NCBI GenBank assembly: GCA_043228905.1
Contig: JBHGNT010000021.1
Location: forward strand, 4,898,001-4,962,000
DNA from: Azolla caroliniana
Lineage: Eukaryota; Plantae; Polypodiophyta
Reading direction: 5' to 3'
Length of the DNA stretch: 64,000 bases
This document shows positions 21,570 to 34,620 of this stretch, piece by piece; position 1 is the first letter of the stretch, and every line of letters starts with the position of its first letter. A program made the translations under genes and the position numbers. The notes under the pieces were generated by a model that had not been told where the DNA came from, searched no databases, and saw nothing but the letters and a program-made list of their open reading frames with translations.

Positions 21570-24394
21570 CCTTAACTATATTAATTACTACATTAATAAT
21601 ATTCCTCCGGCCTTGACTCTTCCCTGTTCACACTTCCTCTTCTAGATCATACTCATAGGCCAACACATGGCACGCCCATGGGACAATGCCTTGCATGTCG
21701 AACCCTGGGGACAACTCCTTCATTCTTCGTCGAGTATGTCCAAGATGCTTTGGTTCGAGTGCCTCTTAGTATGTTTCCCCTTGCTGCCTCCTCTCCATCT
21801 CCTTCTTCAGTTGCTTCTCTTTTGGCTCCAACTCTGACCTCGTGACTTCGTATCCGTCTACTCCGTCCTCTACATCTCTGGTTGTTGATTCGGCTGATGC
21901 TGTGTGGAAGTCCCCAGTTGTGACTATTCCTCTTCATCACTAATGTTTAGCTGTTCAACTTTTTTCTCTGCTTCCTTCCGTTGTCGCTCCCATTCATACC
22001 CTTCCAATTGCAATTGCACCTGTAGTTGTTCATCTTCAAATCCGTCAAGGAGCTTCCGAACTGCCTCCAACTGCATTTTCGCCAGGTCATAAAAATCATC
22101 CAACAATTCCTCTTGTATGGTACTATGATGATCAGGCTTAGCCACATAGCCTACTTCACCGGTCGGATGAAGCCCACTCGTAATAATTTATCAATTTCTT
22201 CCTTGACTTTCATCGCATAATTCCGATTCATTCGGTAGCGTCTTGGGGTTACCGGTTTCGCGTCCTTACTCAGATAGATCTAGTGTTGATATAGCTTTGG
22301 ATCCAGTCCCCACATATCCTCATATGACCATGCGAATACGTCCTTGAACTCCCTTAGTAATTTGACCATTTCCGTCTTCTCTTCCGGTGGCATCTCCTTG
22401 GCCACGGTTACCGGTCGTGGTTCCTTTCTTGTGCAGAGATCCACATCCTCTAGTGTGGAGGCTTTTACTCACTTCGACACGGCCATCTCCCTCTCTAAGG
22501 CTTCTTGTATTTGTTGGAGTTCCCGGATCGCCTCCCGAACCGGTTCGTCTGTATCTTCCTCCCAGTTTGTGACATACATCGTGATCGCTTCTACTACGTC
22601 CACCTCGAATAGCGGCACTATCTTGAGATTTTTCTCCAAATACTAGTGCACGTCCTCATCGGCTGGCCTATACAACATGTTGATTCCTTCGGCGTACAAC
22701 AACATTAACGGTTTGCTCGTACCGGCCCGTTCTTGCGTCAATACCCGAACCTTAGTTTTACTGCGCCGGAAAGCAATCATATTCTTTTGCCGGTTTTGCT
22801 TGATATGCGCCGTATTAAGCCAAGGTTAGCCCAACAGTAAAGGGTATGCACCTGGTGTGTTCAACTACAACATGACCGCAAAGATCCGGAACGTGTGTCC
22901 TCCAATGGTGATTTCCAAGTCCCGGATCAGTTTGGTTGGTCGAACCAAACTTGTGTTTGCCATTCGTAACTAGAATGAGCACGACACCCATTCTCAAATT
23001 CCCAATGTATTGCACGTTCTTTTGCTTATTACATTTACGCCAGATCCTCCATCTATGATTGTGTCAGGTACCTCATTGCCCTTGATGATCATTGTCACGG
23101 TTGGACTGTTGGTGTCCATCACCGCGGGCCCTTCGCTCGGGTTTGTGAAGTATGTAGGTGCCTCTACCGGTTTTGGTGGTGATAGTACCAATCTCAGACC
23201 TTCAGTGAACCGGGGGACCAATTGCAATAGTCGGCCTAATGGCAACATGATTTGGCATTGCTGCAGTGCCTGCCATGACGGGTCTTCTTCCATGATACTG
23301 GTTCCTTCTTCAGAGTGTTTGGCATGTTCTCGCATATCGTCGAGGTTTCGTTGATTGGCATGTTGTATCCACTCCTTAGCTTGTTTGCGGATTGCTTCTT
23401 GCGTTTCCCATTCAGCCACCTTTCCTTTTGACCGGGTCGTGACTTGTTGGACATCCGTGACCTCGGCGATTACCATATTTATTGATGGCTTTTTTTCTTT
23501 ACTCTTCATCGGGCATTGACCGTTGTAGTTCCCTTCTTGTCGGCAATAAGAGCAGTATATCTTCTGGCCCCCGCTTGATTCACCGTTTTCTTCACTTGCC
23601 AGCAGGATACCGGGAGCCATCTGATTAACCTCCTCCGGTCTTCATTACTCTAGTTGTGGAACAACCTTATTCATATACGGCCCTCGGCGGTACTCTTGGT
23701 CCGTGTTCCGACGCTCATTCCTTCAATTGAAACTTCCCCGTCGGCGGTTTGGATTGCAGCGGTGATTATTGTATCTCTGTCTATCCGAGTATCGCCGTTA
23801 TGATCCTCGTCTCCGGTCATATTCTGGAGAATAGTCTCTCTCGTAGTGGTCCTGGAAATACTCATCTCTACGTTGATCCTCATACCGGCATTTGCCCTCT
23901 GTTCTATAGCGGTCCTCTCTCCGGAACCGATCCTCGTCCCACCGTCGTTCGTCTCGGGGCTCGATGTGTGTTACCGATGTTACCTACCGATCCAATAAGT
24001 TATACTTGCACCAAACTGTGGTATGTGTCTTTGAATGACACAATAAACATTGTGACCGCATCGTGCATTCCAAGGTGAAATGGTCGGGCTTCAGACACGT
24101 CGTACATTTAACTGCTTACCGAAACCGAAGTTCCTCTTCTCTGGGCAGTGCACATTGTAGGGCTCCCATTGCCATATAATTACTGTTTTGGGCCCTATCC
24201 ATATTGAGCACCCGGTCAATGACCTCGTTCATTGTACTCATCTGGAAACCAAACACTGCTAGCATAGTCCGGAGTGGCTCCTAGAGAGCTGCTAGAAATA
24301 CCACCTTAACTTCATCCTCTAGAGGTGCCCTCATCAGTTGGTTGTGCAGCTTCTAGAATCGAATGATAAATTGTGGTACGGTTTCATTTGTGTG
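21570..24394 (-). mobile_element. Internally deleted gypsy related to 4611-19916 (partial gag, PR, start of RT joined to the end of the extra ORF, 3' LTR fragment ending at 21665)
   Basis: ORF 22994..23620 (CSYCRQEGNYNGQC, QQVTTRSKG, IIDGGSGVNV) is homologous to 6885..7892. ORF 21924..22145 is homologous to 18713..19363. Same pre-LTR motif GGGCGTGCCATG-TGTT. Confidence 0.9.
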
Positions 24395-24532
24395 TTCATT
24401 TTGATTGTAGTGTCTTCTCTTCTTTTGCTTTTCTTCCTTCGATCACGTACACGTACTACGTAGCAGCACTACGGTAGCCGATAGTCGGATTTTGTCGTCG
24501 GCATCTCGAACACACAATCACGGAGTCGACTA

Positions 24533-24549
24533 ATATGTGTGTGTATGTA

Positions 24550-24640
<91 letters not shown>

Positions 24641-27600
24641 CACTTATGAAGAACACAAGATGGGGGATGAGTAACTATATTAAATTAGCATTAACATCAT
24701 CAAAAATAAAAATACCAACAATGAGGTATATATATACATCTCATGTGCAAAGGTGCACATGTGTGAGTAGAATATAAGTACTAATGTGTAAGTCCTATAT
24801 TAAATGTACTTAGGAGTGGAGGATCTAAAATATCCCACATAAGTACAAGGTCCTATTTAAGGCGTTATAGTCAACACTTCTAACTAGATTCTATCTAGGT
24901 AACTACGATGTTCCATTGTTGACTAACTAACTAAACTAAATGGAGCTTGATCTCTCAACACGCCCCCTCAAGCTCAAGTGTGAGGCGTCCGATATCCGCT
25001 TTGGCTTTTGTCGGCTTCATGTGCTTCCGTCCGGCCTTCGGCTTTCTTCGCCGTGGCAATCTCGGTTCCTCCCCGTCAAGCCGGTGATGAAGGCTTGTAG
25101 TGTGTGGGCGAAGGTGGACTACTTCCACCCATTGTGGGTTACGAGCCGCTTCGGTGGAGCTCTTGGGCTCTTGTTCGCCCGCTAACTTCATCGCGAAGGC
25201 GTAATGATGGGCCATATACTCGTTGTAGTCGAGCTGAGTGACGAGCTTCTTCTCTCTAGAAGATCGTCAAAGTTTTTCGCTCGCCGATGTGAGCGCCTTC
25301 TTTACTCTGGGTGTACACATGATGGGTACACCAAACTCACTGTCTAGTGAGGGAGCCGACACATCCGAATCACTGTTGTCGGGGTGATCGACTTCATAAT
25401 CGGGCATCTTACCTTTGCCTTTGTCCAAGTTCGTACTTGGCCGCGACGTTCTTGGGTCGCGTGGGGGCTCTTGTGGCCCACTAGGCCTTGCCATAATCCA
25501 ACATTCTTCGAACATGTGTTTGAAGCGATCTCCATCTTCTACCTCTTGTTTGGTAGATTCTGGGTGGAGCGTAGTAGGAGTCAAAGTTGTCTCTGGTGCG
25601 TACCAGGATGCGGACTCGTCGAAGACTACGTCTCGATTTACCCAAACCGCTCGGGTAGAAGGGTTGTAGCACTTGTATGCCTTCTTCTCGGATGAGTATC
25701 CTATGAGGATACATTTCTCCGACTTCACATCGGGCTGCCGTCGTTCTTCATTCGAAATGCCTACATTCACAATGCTTCCGAACACCTTCAGGTGCGACAT
25801 CATCGGCTTCCTTCCGACGAGGTGCTCGTATGGAGTTAGCTCATGGACTCCATTAGTGGTGCACCGGTTCATGAGATAGATGGCCGTGGATGCCGCGTCG
25901 GCCCAATAGAAATTAGGCATGTGCTTCTAATGCATCGAATGTGCCGACCGGTTTCTTTTTTGACTTGCCCCTTGAGCTTTTGGAAGTGGGAGAACACTTC
26001 ACTCTTCTTCTTCATCGGGTAGATCCACGCGTAGTGCGAGTAGTCGTCGATGAAGGTTACGTAGTATCGGCATCCGCCGATTGTCGGTCCCCATACATCC
26101 GAGTGTATGACGTTGAGGAGGTCTTTGCTTCCGTGGCTCTCCTTCGGGAATGGGAATCTATGTTGTTTGCCGAGTTGATACACTTTGCATACTCGGTCGA
26201 CTTGAATGTCGGAAGTTCGATGACGAATCCCTTGGTTTGCATCGCTCGAAGCCGTTGGAGGTTTATGTGGCCGATTCTCTTGTGCCACAACTCGATGCTT
26301 GTCTCGGTTTTGAGACCTTTAGCGTACATTGCCGATTTCACCTCGTTCGAATCGAGGATGAACATTAGGCCGTCTCTCCACCCCTTCGCTATGAGTGCCA
26401 TCTTTCTCGATGAAGCATCCTTCTTTGTTGAAGTGGACTTGCATGCCTTGCTCCATAATTTGGATGACGGAGACCAAATTCTTCGTTATTGTGGGCACGT
26501 GCAAGACATTCTTGATGCAAGTTTGTTCGCCTTCTTTCCCGAATTGGACATTGCCGATGTGCCGAATGGGGTGCGTGGTGTCGTCTCCCGTCTCTATGAA
26601 GCTGGGTCAGTCCGGTGTACGCAAGTCACGAGACCACTCTTTGTGAGATGTCATGTGATGTGAGGCGTCGGAGTCAAAATTACGAACATTCCGCCACGGT
26701 TGCTGTAGTCAAAATTCATGGCGTAATTTGTAAATATTTCACTACGATCGTCGTAGTCGGAATTCGACGCGTGATTCGTGAACATTCCACTACGGTTGTC
26801 GTGGTTGGAGTTTGATGTGTAGTTTGTGAGGTGTCGACTTGTTGAAGCCGACTCACTTCTCTTTTTCCGACACTCCACCTCGTAGTGGCCGATTTTGCCG
26901 CAATAATTGCAAGTTGCAGGCCTCGTTTGCCAACCATGTTCGGCGTGGAAGCTCCCCCTTCTTCCGAAGGTTCCTCGATGGCTTCCGTGAAGGTTTGAGT
27001 TCCCTTCGAGTGATGGGCCGAATTGACCTCCTCCTCGGTCACTGTCCGAATTCGAGAAGAATATTTGTTCTTCTGACGTCTTGCTTTTGGTTCGGACATG
27101 GTTCTCTTCGACCAATAGCATTAATTGGAGGTCGAAGAATGAAGGAGGGTTTTCTCTCGCCAAGATTGCCGTTCGTAATGGATCGAATCGTTGTGCGAGG
27201 CCGCCCAAGCATACTTGAACCATCTCGTCTTCGTCGACGTTTATGTTGATGGAGCCAAGTGAGTCGCAAATGCTCTTGATCTTTTCGGTGTAGTCCGACA
27301 CAGACATATCTTCTTGCCGGATGTTGTTCAACTCCTGTCGGAGTTGAAGCTTCCGAGCGGTGGTGTTGGCGGCAAAACTTTTCTTTAAATTCGCCCACGC
27401 TTCTTTCGGTGTCTTGGCATCTCGTATGTGGCTAAGCATGTGGTCGTGGACACATGTTGCCAAGCAATACATTACTCGACTCGCCGCTTGCTCCCATGCT
27501 GCGTAGTCGGCATTCTTTGAGTCGGGCTTGTTTTCGAGTGCGCCGTTAATGTAGCTCCAATACCCTTGGCCGACGAGGTATTGGGTCATCTTGTACTCCC

Positions 27601-28275
27601 AAGATGAATAATTGCTCCGGTCTAGCTTTTCACTAGGGAGCGAGCTACCCATTTGTGTGTTCATTTTGATTGTAGTGTCTTCTCTTCTTTTGCTTTACTT
27701 CCTTCGATCACGTACACGTGCTACGTAGCGGCACTACGGTAGCCGATAACCGGATTTTGTCGTCGGCGTCTCGAACACAATCACGGAGTCGACTGGGCTT
27801 GGTGGATTTTCTAAACCACACGCTCTGATACCATGTTAAGAATTAGGTAAGTAATTAAACAAGGATTAATTAGTACCTAATTATGTGATTAGTTGATAAG
27901 CGGAAGATTAAGTGATATGTGTGTGTATGTATGTGAGAGGAAGAGAGAGAGAGAGAGAGACAGATAGAGACACTTATGAAGAACACAAGATGGGGGATGA
28001 GTAACTATATTAAATTAGCATTAACATCATCAAAAATAAAAATCCCACAATGAGGTATATATATACATCTCATGTGCAAAGGTGCACATGTGTGAGTAGA
28101 ATATAGGTACTAATGTGTAAGTCCTATATTAAATGTACTTAGGAGTGGAGGATCTAGAATATCCCACATAAGTACAAGGTCCTATTTAAGGCGTTATAGT
28201 CAACACTTCTAACTAGATTCTATCTAGGTAACTACGAAGTTACATTGTTGACTAACTAACTAAACTAAATTGATC
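24533..28275 (-). mobile_element. Copia C deletion derivative (gag, PR, partial INT; RT and RNaseH deleted)
   Basis: LTRs at 24533-24960 and 27834-about 28275, both outer ends damaged; iMet PBS at 27822-27833; PPT at 24961-24970; gag ORF 26651..27664 with CNYCGKIGHYEVEC; INT fragments at 25267-26400. Confidence 0.92.
24555..24638. repeat. (GA)n microsatellite inside the copia C LTR
   Basis: About 42 GA units, much longer than the same locus in the 27834 LTR. Confidence 0.95.
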
Positions 28276-28588
28276 TGTTAACAACTATATTAGGCCTATT
28301 TCCTAGAATAGGTCTAATCAGCACGTGTGTCTTCCGGAACGGCTTCCAGAGTCGCTCCATCATCCGTATCTGGTATCCAATTTCTTCAGCCGATCCGTCA
28401 TCCGATCCGGAAAATGGGCCTAGCCAACGGAATCAATTCCAGATTGACCTACCGGATTATCGAACTAGTCCGGCCGATATTGAGCTTGATCGCTCAACAA
28501 CGTGGATAAATTATCTCGAAGTAAGTTTGTACCTAAGTATTGTATATAATACAAACTTATTCAGGATAATTTATGGACATGCCCGTAA

Positions 28589-28990
28589 CTAATGTATCTT
28601 AGAATATATGCCAAAATCCTCCATCAACAAAACGTTCCTTAAATCGGACCACAGCGCCATGGTCATCAATTTTATTGGTAACGACCAATTTGTTTGAAAT
28701 GATATTGAAGTCTTTGAGGGTGTGGAACTAAGGTAGGTCCAAGGTTTATTACGATTTAGAGCATCTATTTCAACTTGCATTACAACCTCCTAGTTGGCAA
28801 CATTTAGACCATGAAGGGCCTTCTTTGGGGTTAAGTCGAAATCTTGAGTGGTCATAAAAAATTTCATAATTAACAACATCATTGTCTACATCAATCAATA
28901 ACATTTCAATTGATTTAGTCATCTCCATGAGTTCATAATATTCTTAAATTTTCTTTAAATGGGGTTTCTTGGTAATAATGGTTGAAAATA
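28589..28990 (-). mobile_element. Highly decayed copia RT-start remnant
   Basis: Minus-strand W.VVMQVEIDALNRN.PW...W motif in ORF 28589..28780. Confidence 0.55.
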
Positions 28991-28999
28991 CTCCTCCTG

Positions 29000-31560
29000 A
29001 TCCATAATATTTTAGTTTGTTGATCCATAATTCAGTTGTTGAAAAATGAGACAGCATTGAGCCTTCCAAATGCAATATGCAGTAGTACTACTCAATATCT
29101 CCCATAATGGTTGGATCTCCTTCCTTGTCCCTAAAAACAACATAGACACTAATGGAAGTGCACGAACACTTCCAAATTTGGTGTAAAAACCATGGTCCAT
29201 AGATTCGGTGTCATAATGGAAAGTAGGGTGAACAAGCGACATCCAAACCACCATGCCCCATGTGAATACCAATAGGGGAAAGTCATTAGCAGATTTTCTA
29301 AGGAGGCATTGCCATATTAGTTGTGACTTAATGCAGTTCCATAGACAATGTTTCTAAGTTTCAGCTTGTAAATGACAACGAGCACAAACTAGAGGATAGG
29401 CCCATCTTACACAACCATGTTCCAACAGGAAAGCCTCGATGTACAGAAATCATTGTACATGCAGTATTTGTTGTGGCTATTTTCTTGCGCATAGGTTAAC
29501 CCAAAACTTAGCCAGAAACTTATGAATAATACCCTATTGTCTCCAATACTAAAATGCAGTTGGTAACACATCCCGTCTATCTGAGAGCACATGCCTTCCC
29601 AACTATACAGAATATTGGAAAAAAATGAAGTTGTTACCAATAAATGGATATGTTCATTGATAATCAACTGGGTCCCCATCTAATTTGAAGAAAGGTTGTT
29701 TAGCAAACACCCACAACTTCCAATGTGACCTTATATCCTCTATCAGTGTATCCAATTACCCTTATCTTGTGTTTGATAGCACAAGGATAATCTATTACCA
29801 TTTCCTGCGACTGAGACAATTGATTTGTGTAATCCACCTCAAAAAATGGAAGGTCTTATCCTCTAAAGACCCCTTTATAGTCAAGAGTACTTCCAATCTC
29901 GAAAAAACACCAACCCATCTATGGTAAGAGCTATTGGGTGGTATGGTGACTCTACTCATAGCTTCCTAAATTTGATGATACATTATTTGTCTTCCATGCA
30001 TCCTAGCTAGTACTTGCTTTTGCTCTTCCAAGGAGCACAATAAAAAAACCTGCCATGTCCTGACTAAGTTAGCAAGACCTTCTACCATTTTTCCACATGC
30101 CTAGGAGCACGATAAAAAAACCTGCTATGTCTCGACTAAGTTAGCAAGACCTTCTACCATTTTTCCACATGCCAACCATTGTCTAGAACCCAACACTAAA
30201 CCATCTGATGTTGTAAACTGCGGTTCCAAACTACACTTTGTCTGAGATAGTATAATGCATAGGGTTGGGTTTATTGCAGAGCAAACCTGGTAAGACTTGT
30301 TTCCATGAGAAAACAAATCCTAATAAATTGTCCTCCCATCCATGGGATGAAGGTAGTACTTGGAAATTTTCCCTAAATATCCAATTTACATCCTTCGACC
30401 AAGGTTCACCAAAGCGAGGAGAGCATTTTGAACAACGGTCAAGCAACAATACTTTCCATATCTCCTACCCTAGAGTAAATCCTCTAATAATCAACTTAGT
30501 TAACAATGCTCTTGATTGGTCTACTGGATCAATAATACTTAGTTCTCCTTTAGATTGAGGTAAGGTAATAACATCCCATTTCACTTTGGACTGAGCGTTA
30601 ATCTCCGTTTTACAAGACCACAAAAAATTGTGAATCAATCTTCGTATTTGCAATATGCATGACTTGGAAAAGATCCACAAGACAGAACATACCATGTTAT
30701 TGCGAACAATGCTTCATTGGCAACTACAATGCATCCAACGAAACATAGTTTGGCTGAACTCCATAATAACAACTTTTTCTGTATTAATGTGAGTAGGAGG
30801 GGTGTCGCTTGATTCACTATTGATAGATCAATACCTATTGTACATCCTAAGTACCGAATTGGGGTACCTCGTGGTATCCATTGAAAGTGCGGATGTGGAT
30901 TCCATAATGGAGGTTCTTCATACTAACCCAAAATGCCAAGGATTTGTTCCAATTGACAAGTGCACCTGAAGCCTTACATAATGTGGTTCAGGCCATTTCA
31001 ATTTTTTGGAGATTATCCAAATCACTTTTTAAATATAAGATAGTTTCATCTGCAAATTCAACTTCCCTTAATTCTAAATTTGGGGTTCCACATAAACCAA
31101 TGTCATTAGCACTCAAACAAGAAACCATTACCTCAACAAAAAATAGAAATAGGAAAGGAGACAAAGGACAGCCTTGCCGAACTAACTGAGTAATAGGCAA
31201 AAGAGGGCCATGATTTCTAGCCCTTAAGACTCGGCTTTGAGCTGAACTATATAATGAGGAAATACCTATTATCCATTACTGAGAGAAACCAAATCGAGCC
31301 AGTAAACCTTGCGAAAAATCTCAATCAACACGGTCATAAGCTTTCTCAAAATGAAGCAAAACAATGACCAACTTTTGTTTAGATTTGGCTACTAGTGCAA
31401 CAGATTCCCAAAATGTATAAACATTACCCAAGATACTTCTTTCTCGAATGAACCTTGTTTGGGCTGAATGAATAATTGTAGACATTATAGTATGACGGCG
31501 TATACGAATTGCTTTAGCCAAGATTTTATACACCATGTTGAGTATTGTAATAAGCATTGT
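29000..31560 (-). mobile_element. 5'-truncated degenerate L1-type LINE (RT and C-terminal zinc-finger region)
   Basis: ITILNMVYKILAK, FEKAYDRVD, VRQGCPLSPFLF, EFADET, KVKWDVITLP..GELSI, LWEIL....CIWKA. Confidence 0.9.
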
Positions 31561-31739
31561 GTAAGTTTTCAACTTTCTCTCTCTTTCTTTATCTCAATGA
31601 GAGCTCTTGAGCATATTTTTAGCAATTTTCCTTTGGGTAAAATATCAAAATATCTAACAATTCATCTCAAAGTGAAAGTCTTGTTGTGAAAGAAGATAAT
31701 AAGGCAAAATTAAGCCACAATAGAAAATCTCGTTGAAGA

Positions 31740-32735
31740 CAATGCCAAAAATGGTAATTCCAAGTTGAATCTAGCGTGTCATCATTGTCACAAGAAGGAA
31801 CATATAAGACAACTATGTCATGAATTGAAATTAGAGTTGGAAGAAAAGAAGAATCAAAAGTTTAAAAAGTCGAACGTTGCCAACAACAAAGACAATTAAG
31901 ATAAAATAGTTGATATGTTGTTGGGATCAATGAATGTGAAGTCATTGGGAAATTCATGGATATTTAACTTGGGATGCACATGCCATATGTGTCGCCACAA
32001 GGAATGATTCTAGATGATAGTGTTAGCTGCAATGCTATCAAAATTGATACAATGAAGATTAAATCTTATGGGTTTTGTAAACTAGTAGATGACGATGGAT
32101 ATTTTAGCAAATTCAATGGAATGTTGTGGATGTTGTCAAGGAGATTTGGCTGACCTTGGTGCATACACGAAAAGGAGAATATGATGCTATCAAGGGTGAT
32201 TCAAATGTAGTCTTTCGAAAGTAAGAAGTTTTTAAGAAGAGATGGGAAAGGATGAATGTATTCTGCATGGTTAATGGTTGTATATGTTGGAGGTATCAAC
32301 CACCTCTCTGCGTATGTCCTCCACCGACAAGAGGCATGTGGCCATGTATAACTGTTCTTGGTAATTCTTTGGGAGATATGTATGTTTATGGCAATCTAAG
32401 AGCAGTTGAAAAGGTAAAAATCTATGTCAAAGTATCATGTAAATCACTTTAGACATAATATAAACCATTGTTGGATAAAAATGCATGACAAATCTGTTAG
32501 AACATATTCCCTAATTGACAAACATATGGCATGTGGATCCCAAGTCAATTATCCATGAATTTCCCAATGGTTTCACATTCATTGATCCCAACAAAATATC
32601 AACATCTTAATTGTCTTTGTTGCTGACAACATTTGACTTTTTTAGCGTTTGATTCTTCTTTTCTTCCAACTCTAATTTCAATTCATGACATAATTGTCTT
32701 ATATGTCCCTTCTTGTGACAATAATGACACTCTAG
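31740..32735. repeat. Inverted pair of decayed copia gag-knuckle/protease fragments (about 31770-32000 plus; about 32515-32735 minus)
   Basis: CHHCHKKEHIRQLCHELKLELEEKKNQ on plus and CHYCHKKGHIRQLCHELKLELEEKKNQ on minus, each followed by an SWI..LG.TCHM protease-like motif. Confidence 0.8.
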
Positions 32736-32755
32736 AGAATGCATACAAACACACA

Positions 32756-32799
<44 letters not shown>

Positions 32800-32959
32800 C
32801 TCCGAGCGAACAACAGAGGCAACGAACGTTGAAGAGAACGTTGTAGAAGACAAGGAAGAAGATAGCTGACACGGTACACCAAGGGAACTTTGACGTAGCA
32901 CCCCCGACAACTTCTCCACGGTCAACTATCACTGTTGTCTTCACACCAGAAGAAGAAGC

Positions 32960-33809
32960 TATGCTGAAAACAGAGGTAAGTTGTATGCACTCCTATTCAA
33001 TCGTGTGCAAGGTTATAGGATTAAGGCCGAATAGAGGAGATTTGAGAGATCTCCTCTAGGTAGCTTTTCATCATCGGATCAGCAAAATTATTGATGTTCA
33101 ATTCTTTGGGCACGATTTCTATCATTTAGAATTAGACACGGCTGAATCCATAGTTGTAATGTTAAAGGCTAATATGACCAATATTCGCAATGCAATTGCT
33201 TGCTTTATGCCATGGAAACCGGGTTTTGATCCCGTCCAAATGTTAAATTCGAGACATCGGTTGACTCTGATTTCCGTGGTTTTCCCAAGAATCTGTAAGG
33301 AATATATGGTTGTAATTCCATCAATTGCACCAAGAATCGGCATGGTTCTTCCTCCATGTGAGGAGGCATTAGAAACAACAATGTTAGGATACCCATCAAT
33401 TCGGATATTAGTTCTCTCAATGGAAATTTTACCTTCTCAAGTACTTTTACCATCAATTACCGTGAATTCAATGTTCATGCAAAAACTAGAATATGTAGGT
33501 ATGCCTGGACAATGCTTTTATTGTAAACAGAAAGGCCATGTATTAAAAGATTGCCCAAAAAAGAAGAAGGGATTTAGATCCCAAAATGGTATAAGTAATG
33601 AACATACGAATGTTAACCATTTTAATTTGAATAAAAGTCAACAATCACATCTAGGTGAGGGAACTGAGAAAGGGAAGAATGTTCAGGCCTCCAAGGATGA
33701 TAAGGGGAAAAGTATTCAACTCTCCCACGATGAGGTGTGGAAGCCAATTCCAAAGCGGCACTCAATACCCAATAAGAGCATAGTATCTAAGGGTGCTCAC
33801 ATAAGTTAA
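32960..33809 (+). pseudogene. LINE ORF1 (DUF4283/RRM-like region plus CCHC knuckle)
   Basis: PWKPGFDP and LEYVGMPGQCFYCKQKGHVLKDC; stop codon near 33060. Confidence 0.8.
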
Positions 33810-34620
33810 TTCGTTATGAAGTCTTACAGGAATTATATAACTCTTTGTCTCAAAATGATGTTCAGTTATGCCAAAGTAGTAAGGGTTCTAAACAATCTAG
33901 TCCTTGTGTAGAAGAGACTGAATCAGTCAATAACCTTGTTGTGTCCACTTAGAGTAAAACAAATACAATATCAAGTAAAGAACATTTGAAATTGTTTAAT
34001 GCATCGCGGTCATCTAGCTTGAGGGGGCTGAATGCAAACTTCATTTGCACAATCCCAATAAGCTCTCTAGTGGAAAATACTTGTGATGTTGCAGTCACTA
34101 GATGGAATGCCACATATGGATTTGAGTTCAGGTAATGGGGATGCAGCAATACGAGTTCATGTTCTTTTAAGATCTATGCAATCTCTAGTAGGATTTTCCT
34201 TTCCTTTTTGTGGATATGATAAACAAACATGGGTGGCAATGGATTTTCGATTTGTTGTTAGATAACAAACATTGCATTTTGCAAAATATGTTAATTGTGA
34301 CGATTTTGGGGTAGCATAATTAAGGGGACTTGAGGGAGCAACTATGCAACTTTTGCTTGTGTCTGATGTGATGGGGCGGAGGCAGGTGGTTGTCGCCTTA
34401 GATTCTGAGATCCTTCCAATTTGTAGATATACCTATATTCATGGAGATGGGTTATCGGAAGGGCAAGTATTAGCTAAAGCTCATCCTCATTATAGAATGG
34501 TACGTGATGCGATACCCTTATCATGTTCAATAAGCGGTGAGCAAGATGGCAATGAGGTCACTCTGGAGCCATTAGCGAAAAAACATGACAATGGTGTCAC
34601 AACAACCTAAATTTTCTTAA

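Noticed and set aside
28276-28590. Possible LTR fragment starting TGTTAACA, CCGG-rich
   Set aside because: No second copy, TSD, PBS or PPT found in the window.
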